Shown: piece after piece, positions 55,865 through 64,000 of the stretch
Layout of the letters: the number at the start of each line of letters is the position of its first letter
Numbering within the stretch: the first letter of the stretch is position 1
DNA from: Schizochytrium sp. TIO01
Lineage: Eukaryota > Protista > Bigyra: Labyrinthulomycetes
Length of the DNA: 64,000 nt
NCBI GenBank assembly: GCA_004764695.1
Contig: SMSO01000025.1
Location: forward strand, 5,620,862 to 5,684,861
Reading direction: 5' to 3'
Position numbers and translations under genes: made by a program
The notes under the pieces: generated by a model
Told to the model about the DNA's origin: nothing
What the model saw: only the letters and a program-made list of their open reading frames with translations
Database searches by the model: none

Positions 55865-57580
55865 TCACTTTTTCTCTAGAATAACTAATGCTGGCTCTGT
55901 AGCAATGCGGCCTTCGCGCCACACCATTCTCGGTTTTCCTTGTAACATGTGAATTGTCTTGAAGTTAGAAGCGCACGCCGCATCCTCTGCGTAACGTGTA
56001 GGTTCCATAATGAGGTACTGGAACTCGCTGTTCGGGGCACAGAGAGAAGCGAGAAACTCTTCGTTATCTTCCCGCTTGGAGTATTGGAGAGATGGTGAAC
56101 CATGCTCAACAAATCGAGTGATACCAGACATTGCTGCGTAAACGCAGTAATGGACCTTTGCTGACTTTGGTGCAAGGTGCTTCTGGTGATAGTCTTGAAC
56201 AAACATTAACGCCTCTGCACCGGGGTAGTTGGCTCGTGAGACTGCCAGGTGTGCAGTCGCTACACCAAAGCTGGCAAGAAGCGCAAAGCTACTTGCAAGC
56301 AAGCCGAGGCGCGCAAAGATACGACGCACACTTCCCTTAGTTGGCGTTGTTTTTGGGGCATCGTCATGCTTGCTTGAAGATTCGTCCAGTTTCGATTTAG
56401 GTGGACTCATGCTAGCCCATTGCAAACGGGACAGGCCAAGTGCAGCGAGCGCATTGAAGAATGGAAAGACTTGAAAGAGAAAACGAACCTCCTTGTGCGG
56501 AAGAATGGAATATAAGCAAACGTATCCCATAGCTGGAATCCAGAGCAAACTCAAAGCGTCAAGGTCGATCATGCTTTCAAGAATCTTGCGCGAGGTCTCA
56601 AGACCGTTCACAGCAGGTCCAGCAAGAAGATCCGGGACGTTTTTCGCAAAACGATCTAAAGGCTGCACGATACCCAAGAATGAAAGCGGTAAGGCAGCCA
56701 TCAGGGCTTTCGGAAGCGCGTTTGTAAAGTACCAGTGCGCTGGCATAACACCCCATTCGTGGGATTTGTTCATAACAGTGTTGAAGAAGAGTACAGTACC
56801 TTCTGGCCACAAGAGGCGGTTCCACATGATAGAATCCACCACGAATGTGAGGAAAAGGCTTGAGAGTCCTGAAGCGATACCGTCAACAATCAGAGCAAAT
56901 ACGCTTGTCTCACGACGAATGAGAATCATCAAGCTGACCCAGGCGCCGAGGATCGCAGTATCACAACGGAATACAACCGTACAAAAAGAGAGAACACCGA
57001 TGCATTCCTCCCAAGAACCTTCTACCCAACGAGCAAGCGCGTATGCACAAAGACCCAGGGCGTATGTGTTGGGTAGCGGGCGTCCGAGGTAGAAGATAAG
57101 GTGAAACTGACAGCAGCAGACCACTGCAAACCATGTGCCGCAGGAGTTGCCAAATCGTTTCGATAAAGCTGTGCTCAAGCGCACCAAGGCCAGCCACACG
57201 AGCAAGGCCAGTGCGAAACGTACCGCGTAAAGCTCAAGGATACCGTCTAGATGATCAAGGTCTAGCTGAACTGACAAAGGGTTGTACACAGCAAGAATGT
57301 GCGGTGCTACGATACGTAAAACTGCGAGAATGGGCCATGATGTAAGCGTCACAAAAAAGGCGCCTACAAAAGTTCTTGGCACAACACCAGGAAACTCATG
57401 GTGGTCAAAGGATGCAAGGTCTGAAAAGTTTCTCGAGCTCAGAAGTCCGTGAATATCGTGCATTGCCTGCGCATTGAAGCTTTCCTCCACCTTTGTAAAC
57501 GGGCACAATGCCACGTGAGCTAGAGCGAGACCCAACAGAGCCATCAAGGCTGCCAGCTGGGCGCCGCCTATGCGCCCCAT
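55865..57580 (-). CDS. ALG12: Dol-P-Man alpha-1,6-mannosyltransferase ALG12 (GT22)
   Basis: PFTKVEESFNAQAMHD, DHHEFPGVVPRTFVG, RPLPNTY, NKSHEWG..HWYF, PHKEVRF and NYPG. First ATG at 57580. Confidence 0.93.
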   Translation of the reverse strand: MGRIGGAQLAALMALLGLALAHVALCPFTKVEESFNAQAMHDIHGLLSSRNFSDLASFDHHEFPGVVPRTFVGAFFVTLTSWPILAVLRIVAPHILAVYNPLSVQLDLDHLDGILELYAVRFALALLVWLALVRLSTALSKRFGNSCGTWFAVVCCCQFHLIFYLGRPLPNTYALGLCAYALARWVEGSWEECIGVLSFCTVVFRCDTAILGAWVSLMILIRRETSVFALIVDGIASGLSSLFLTFVVDSIMWNRLLWPEGTVLFFNTVMNKSHEWGVMPAHWYFTNALPKALMAALPLSFLGIVQPLDRFAKNVPDLLAGPAVNGLETSRKILESMIDLDALSLLWIPAMGYVCLYSILPHKEVRFLFQVFPFFNALAALGLSRLQWASMSPPKSKLDESSSKHDDAPKTTPTKGSVRRIFARLGLLASSFALLASFGVATAHLAVSRANYPGAEALMFVQDYHQKHLAPKSAKVHYCVYAAMSGITRFVEHGSPSLQYSKREDNEEFLASLCAPNSEFQYLIMEPTRYAEDAACASNFKTIHMLQGKPRMVWREGRIATEPALVILEKK

Positions 57581-60024
57581 GCTGCGTCTAAAGCCTGTGA
57601 GAGCAAGTCCTGCAAGGTCCACGAGTGGCAATCCTGCGTGAGGACGTGTCTCAACCTTGTATTCAGAGCTCAATCCGCTGTTGCTTTTCTTGACGCTCTG
57701 GTCATCTCAAAACCTGAAAACGATCTTTCATTCATTATGAATGAATGCTTACGTACTCGGTACTAATATTATAACCAAGGTTACTCCACAACCATCGTAG
57801 AAACAAATACTCGTAACTATGGCCTATTGCTCGAAGATTTTGGACAGTTCATAGGGCACGAGAGCATGACGCCATTTCTAAAAGATGCTTCGATCAAATG
57901 CGCTCGCTGCGATCTTGAAGATCAGGTGTGCTATGTATGGCAAATGATGCTGGGATCTCCGTCATAAATCCTGAGGGTTCATGTACCCTTGTTTTTTTAA
58001 TAAGTTTTTACAAACATGCCTAAGAGATAAATAAGATCAGGAAGGAGCACAAGAGATCTAAGAGATCTTGACTTCGTTTTGTTTACCCGCTCGTTACTAT
58101 GAGTCGAAGTTAGTTAGCCCCAGTTCGTTGTTATGTAGTTATGTAGGTAGTTAGTTTAGTTAGTTAGTAAGTCAGTTATTGATTAATTGATTAAGTTGGT
58201 CACATTATCGATTTTTAATGTAAAGAGTAATTTAACTTCGTTCAACTTGCTCGCTCACTCGTTGGCGTGGTAGAACTGGTGCTACCTGGTCCCAGGTTCA
58301 ACAGTTTACAAAGCCAATTCCGCAAACGAAAATCGGTCTTAACTAGCCAGGCAGCAGCACGTAAACAAGGCGTAAGGCCAAGGTTGTGACCTAAAAAAAC
58401 AAACATTTTTTGCTCAAAAGCAGCGCCAGGTCAGCGTCTAGACTTTACGGACCCTTCCAATATCTCTGGTTCAATCCAACTAACTCTAACTAGCTTCTAA
58501 TAAAGTTTAATTAGATATGCGTCTACGGTATATAGGTATAGATAGGGCTGCCTGAGAAACAACCAAAGCGAAAGAAACAACGAAATAACTAATAACTAAC
58601 TGTATCTTGTCAAAGAAGAAACGAAAAGCCACAAACCACGACCTAAATTAGGTAGGTACGCCTAGACTAATCTTCAAGGTGATCTCTCATTGGTTGTCTT
58701 CTCTCGCCCTTGGGCTCTTCGCCTCGCCCAGAGATCCGCTGCTGTGAGCTGTGCCAACTATCGTGCATGCATGTCCTCTGCTGTGTTTCATTTCATAAAC
58801 CCACAGCCTCGAGCCAATCGATGTACCGATCAACAGAGCGAATCGAAGGGTCATTGATTGGACCAACCACACGCTCCCTCTTCTATTCCCAATCCCCCCA
58901 AGAACGAAGTTCCCTGGCCATATACGAGACAGCTTAAGGCGCATCTCGTAGACACCGTTCCCAGCCTGTTCCGTTCCAGACAAAAAGAGGCCTAACGAAG
59001 AGGCCTAACGACACTGCGCAATGCGGCGTGAAAAATCTATCTGTGGCAATCGATCACAGCGAACCTCGTTAAAAGCAGCGCTTGGATGGAGAAGGGAGTG
59101 AAATGGAAAGTTTTCAGGGAGCGGGCTGTGAGAAGAGACGAGGGAAGGAGAAGAATAATGGAAAGAAGAAGACTTGGAGGCGATAAAAACACGAAATATA
59201 GTACTATGTTTGTTTGTCTATCTATGTTTGTTTGTATTTGTATAAGTTTGTATGTATATGTATAATATAAGTTTGTATTTATTGTATGTGGTGATAATAG
59301 TGATTAGTGAAAACTTCTGTATGGGAGATAGAGAGGGAAACAACATACAAAGAGTAGAAATCAAAAAGACAAAGAGTCGCGGCGCCGCGCAAAAGTAGAG
59401 CGCGAGCGATCCAAAGCGCGAGGCCGGCGCTGTCGGTGCGAGGAGGTACCACCCGCGGTACTCTTCACACCCAAGGAGCGAGCTGCCCTTCGTGCGAGCG
59501 AGCGAGCGAGCAAATCAGACACAGATTGGCCGCGGGAAAAAAGGGCGCTTGCCTTCCCGCTTCGCACGGCCTTCTCGTTCTTCACCCTCTTCAGCCAACT
59601 CTACTCGACCCAACGCCCCCCCCCCCAGGGACACCTCGCACACAGGAAACTGCGCGGGTATCTTTGCAGTATTCTCCGTAACTCTCAAAGGTCCTTCCGC
59701 GAGCTGCTGGCTTATCTTGATCCTTGCTTCTTTTGGCTCCTTTGTCTACATATTAAATACTCTTATTAGGCAGACAGTTCATCCGAGACGCGCGGTGATC
59801 CAAAGGAGATTATATCATAAGACATCTTTGGAAGATCTTGCGGAGATCTTGGGTAAATTGTGACAGAAACGTCTGCTTTAATTGGAGGTAGTGGATCTTG
59901 CTTTCAGGCAACTTGCTTCTTCTCCTTTTTTACTTTTTATTTAGAATAAAAAGAGGACGTGGGTCATACGAGTTAGCTTGGATAGCGGCGTGGAAGCGGC
60001 AGCTGGGAGCTTGCATACGGAAAG

Positions 60025-61530
60025 ATGTCGATCACGTCAGACGAGCTGAATTTCCTGGTTTACAGGTACCTTCAGGAATCTGGCTACGTCCACAGTGCAT
60101 TTGTGTTTGCGTATGAAAGCCTCGTTGGGAGGGCAGACCTTGCGACGGCAGATATTCCACCTGGAGCTTTGATTAACTTTCTGCAAAAAGGCCTACAGTA
60201 CATTGAGATTGAAAAGGAGCTTGAGCAGGGCTCGGGAAAGCTGGTGAATGGACTTTCGCTTCTCTCGGCAGCGCGTGACTCAGATGAGGCTATTGCTGGC
60301 AACAATTCCGCAGGAGCCGCTGGCAGCGGCGGTGACCCCATGGACATCTCAGACGGTACAGGCCGTGGAGGCCAGGGCAAGGGCGGTGCAGGTGCCACCA
60401 CACTCGGACTCTCTGGACAGGGTAAGGGTGGTGCAGCAGCTGGAGATGGGGCGTGGGTGACGAAGGAAGATGTCACAGAACTGAAGGGCCATAAGATGGA
60501 GGTCCTCGTGTGCGCATGGAATCCCAAGGCTGACGTCATTGCTAGTGGATCTGCAGACTCTACTGTCCGTCTTTGGACTATACCACGCGGAGCGTCAGGC
60601 CTCCCCGCTGGCAACGTGGCCTCCAAGAACCCGACAGTTTTGCAGCATTCCAGCGATGACAGCTCAGGATCCTCATCTAGGGATGTGACCTCTTTAGACT
60701 GGCGCCCCGATGGCCAGCAGCTCGCAAGCGGATCCTATGATGGCACAGGCAGAATATGGGATCTCAAGGGTGAACTCGTAAAAACGCTCTCCTGCCACAA
60801 GGGAACTATCTTCTCTATCCGCTGGAGCCCGAACTGCACATACTTGTTGAGTGGCAGTGTAGACAAGACCGCTGTGGTGTGGGATGCCAGCTCAGGAACT
60901 GTTTTGCAGGTGTTTGATAACCATAAGGAGCCCGTGTTGGACATCGCCTGGCGAAACAACGAAACCTTTGCGACGTGCTCGACTGACAAGATGATCTATC
61001 TCTGTGAAGTCGGCAAACAGAAACCGCTTACTCAATTCTCTGGTCACACAGATGAAGTTAACGCCATTGAATGGAGCTCTGACTCTCAACGCCTCGTGTC
61101 TTGCTCCGACGATTTTACAGCCAGACTATGGAAACCGGGCAACACCAGCCCAGTGCGCACCTTTAATGAGCACACTGCTGCCATCCACCAGGTTAAATGG
61201 TGCCCGACAAATCCTGCACTCTTTGCTACCGCATCTCACGATGCCACTGTCAAGACTTGGGATGCAGAGACAGGTAAAAGTCTCTTCACCTTTGCTGATC
61301 ACACCAAGCCCGTGTACAACATTGCGTTCAGTCCAGACGGACAGTACATTGCATCGGGCTCATTGGACCAAACCCTGCGCATCTGGAGTGTTCGTGATGG
61401 CAAGTGTGTGCGCAAATCGAAGGGGGATGGCGGTATCTACGAGGTAGCATGGAACCATACTGGGGACAAGGTTGCGGCTTGCCACATGGAGCCCAGCAAG
61501 TCTGTTGCTGTCATTGATTTTAGGAAGTAA
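60025..61530 (+). CDS. TBL1: TBL1/TBL1XR1-like LisH + WD40 corepressor subunit
   Basis: MSITSDELNFLVYRYLQESGYVHSAF..IPPGALINFLQKGLQY followed by about 8 WD40 repeats. Confidence 0.95.
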   Translation: MSITSDELNFLVYRYLQESGYVHSAFVFAYESLVGRADLATADIPPGALINFLQKGLQYIEIEKELEQGSGKLVNGLSLLSAARDSDEAIAGNNSAGAAGSGGDPMDISDGTGRGGQGKGGAGATTLGLSGQGKGGAAAGDGAWVTKEDVTELKGHKMEVLVCAWNPKADVIASGSADSTVRLWTIPRGASGLPAGNVASKNPTVLQHSSDDSSGSSSRDVTSLDWRPDGQQLASGSYDGTGRIWDLKGELVKTLSCHKGTIFSIRWSPNCTYLLSGSVDKTAVVWDASSGTVLQVFDNHKEPVLDIAWRNNETFATCSTDKMIYLCEVGKQKPLTQFSGHTDEVNAIEWSSDSQRLVSCSDDFTARLWKPGNTSPVRTFNEHTAAIHQVKWCPTNPALFATASHDATVKTWDAETGKSLFTFADHTKPVYNIAFSPDGQYIASGSLDQTLRIWSVRDGKCVRKSKGDGGIYEVAWNHTGDKVAACHMEPSKSVAVIDFRK

Positions 61531-61702
61531 GAGAATTCCTGTGCACTCATTCACCCATTTCTTCTCCTTTCTGACTCCCTGACCTCCCTGACTTACTCTC
61601 CCCCCCCCTTTTCGTCTTTTTTCCTTTCCGAAGCAACGTTGCATCCCTTCTTCAAATGTACTCCCACACTCACAACCATATAGCATGAACGCAAGGATTT
61701 TT

Positions 61703-61734
<32 letters not shown>
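61703..61734. repeat. (TAC)n microsatellite
   Basis: Direct reading. Confidence 0.9.
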
Positions 61735-61735
<1 letters not shown>

Positions 61736-62850
61736 CACTGTCACAGCTATCACAACACACATTCAGCACCAACAACAATAGCAATTTCATAAATGGAATA
61801 TCTCTCTCGTTCTCACAAATGCCTTTTGTGAGACCATCTTTCTTTTTCATCATTGCTGCTCTGGTTTTAATATTTGAGCTTTTGCACACGCACCGCTGAT
61901 TATGTACTCAGTTTCTGTTACAAATAAATATGCGGTTGGTGAAAAGCAGGGACCCAGAATGAAGTGCATGGGTAGTGTAAGTCTGTATCGATCTGCGTCC
62001 TTCAGATCTAACATGTGCGTGTTGTGTGCCTTTCTCTGCTTCATTTTATCTTGCAAAGTCTACAACTGTACAGCTCCATGAAATTTGCTTCTATTACTCA
62101 GCAGCTGGTTATCGAATGCACCCTGCATGGAGGAACTTTTAAATTAGTACGACAAAAAGGTTCATAAACTTGGGAGAATATATTTGGCGCCCATACCTTT
62201 AGAAATGATGAATGCAGGTTGGAATTTTGATCCAAAGCTGTTGATATCAAAGATGGGGGTCCAGTCACTTAAAGGAGGATTTCCATTCTCTTCTCCTCTG
62301 TCGCCTTCTTCATAAATCCCCTAACTATCACTACTATCACCATTTTGGTTGCAAACAAAAGATATTCTCCTCCTTAGAGCTTCTCTTGTTTTTGTTTGAA
62401 ATGTTTTCTTTATGTTGCTTGAATCTTTTATCTTTAACAATATATTATGCCACAGAAGGATCTTTTAGTCCTTAAGTATCTTTCGTGCGGAGTGGAGGAA
62501 TAAAGTTCTTATTCGTTTAGAAAAATAAATAAATATTTTCCTTAAGTTTTAAGTTTTACACATTTCGCTTGTAACGTTCATTTTTCAACCAAATCTACAG
62601 AGCTTAAGACCCTTACAATAGATGAATAAGATGATTGGTACTGTAGTCGCGAGTTTGGGCAAGTCTCATGTCAGTAGAAGAAGTGTATAAGTTAAGTTAC
62701 GAAACATAAAGTTTAGCATTTATTTTCCCTTAAGTATGACAGAAATTGGATCCCAAATTCCATCATGAAAGATTTAGGCGGGTTGAAGAAAACACTTCAA
62801 GTTTATCATCAGGTGCAATGGGACATATACGCGTAGTAGTAACCTTGAGC

Positions 62851-63808
62851 CTATCTTGCCCGTGCGCGCTTCTTCGAGGGTTCAGACCTCCGGAGTTCAT
62901 CTTCATCTTCGTCTTCGTCTTCGTCTTCGCCTTCATCTTCATCTTCATCTTCCTCCTCTTCATCTTCTTTTGCCACATTATTGTGAACACGGCGGCCGCC
63001 AAATCGCAGATAGTAGGTGTCACCATCTTTTGGTGCCCCGAGGTTCTTCAACTCTTCCTGGAGCTCCACAAGCATACGAGGACCTCCAGAGTAGGTTTTA
63101 TTATTTTTTTCTTTGAGATCAATAAGCCACTTGCGCTCTACGAGCTTAGCCAGGAATTTATCCAGGGACAGACCAGAAAATTTAGACTTTGTAATAGTAT
63201 CATTTTCGCTCAAGGTACGAACCTCTTTAAAGGTTACCGTAGCGCTCTGGTGCTGGATCAGATGAGTCATGATTAATTTGAATAGAGCCCGCTCATAGTC
63301 GGTAAACTCTGACCCCGAGGAAGTGGAAAGATTGTCACGGCGATTATTGTGCAATACGTAGTAAGTCTTATGGTTGTCTAGCTCGGGAAGAATCTTGCTC
63401 GTGATGTGCAGACCCAAAAGATAGTCCGACATTTTGGCATTGATATCTCCAATTAATCCGTTAATCACAGCATCGTTTACCTCGAATGGCTTTCCAGCGC
63501 GTTCTCCAGCTTTACGCAGCTCTTCCACCATCTCCTCTGAGTCGAGAGCACTATCATTTTTTATTCGCAACAGCAATTTTTTAAATTAGTTGTCAGCACG
63601 CGGATCTTCCTGTCTCCAGTTAACAACCCCCAAAGACACTTGTGCAGCACATGTACACGCCAAGCCATTGCTCGTTGGTTTCGATGCTCGCACAATGGCT
63701 TCAACTTTTCATTACTCGAGACGAGCTGTTGGCTCACTAAGGGATAACTTACTATTCACGCATCAGTGTTTGCAGGAGAAGCCTGTGCTGATCTCCGTAG
63801 CCCGACAT
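62851..63808 (-). CDS. NSE1: SMC5/6 non-SMC subunit NSE1-like, 2 exons (63808-63753, 63550-62851), 251 aa, lacking a RING finger
   Basis: Exon 1 MSGYGDQHRLLLQTLMRE is followed by a GTAAGT donor; a TAG acceptor restores the frame (Y-ALDSEEM). Winged-helix motifs INAKM, YYVLHN..D, F..YERALFKLI, LVERKWL and YSGGPRMLVEL. Confidence 0.8.
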
Positions 63809-64000
63809 GGTGTTCGTCGTAGTGAGACAAAGTGGAAGCCCAGAACTTCAACCAGCAATCGATCAGCAGTCAATCGGGCACTGCTCAAGCGATTGGCCTG
63901 AGCAGCAGCAGACAGAATGGGGTATGTGTTGGCCGAATTGATTCACTTGCTGAGAGTGCTCTCAAACAAACTACCGAAACCTCTTCTAATATAACTCCTA

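Overview
This is eukaryotic nuclear DNA: GT-AG introns, many tetranucleotide microsatellites and mostly intron-free genes. The style suggests a thraustochytrid/labyrinthulomycete stramenopile, which is inference only. The flanks (1-12 kb and 41-64 kb) carry ordinary genes: cyclic-nucleotide phosphodiesterase, an HTH protein, a TMEM163-like transporter, a multi-domain cysteine dioxygenase, a Trm9-like methyltransferase, a sulfatase, a BTB-GTPase-CaaX protein, CD2BP2, mitochondrial ATP synthase epsilon, ALG12, TBL1 and a RING-less NSE1. The centre (about 13-41 kb) is gene-poor and AT-richer. It holds 18 sequence-identical tRNA-Asp(GTC) genes, decayed Ty1/copia-like relics, decayed ORFs and one intact gag-capsid-like ORF without pol. 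The main observation is that every tRNA-Asp copy is immediately preceded by a 41-46 nt element that varies in sequence but keeps a two-hairpin fold with fixed linker lengths, compensatory changes and G-U wobbles on the tRNA strand. This looks like a conserved structured pre-tRNA leader or co-transcribed small RNA. These tRNAs also carry an atypical A73 discriminator and sit at about 200-bp periodicity within clusters. All homology calls are motif recognition by eye; no searches were run.
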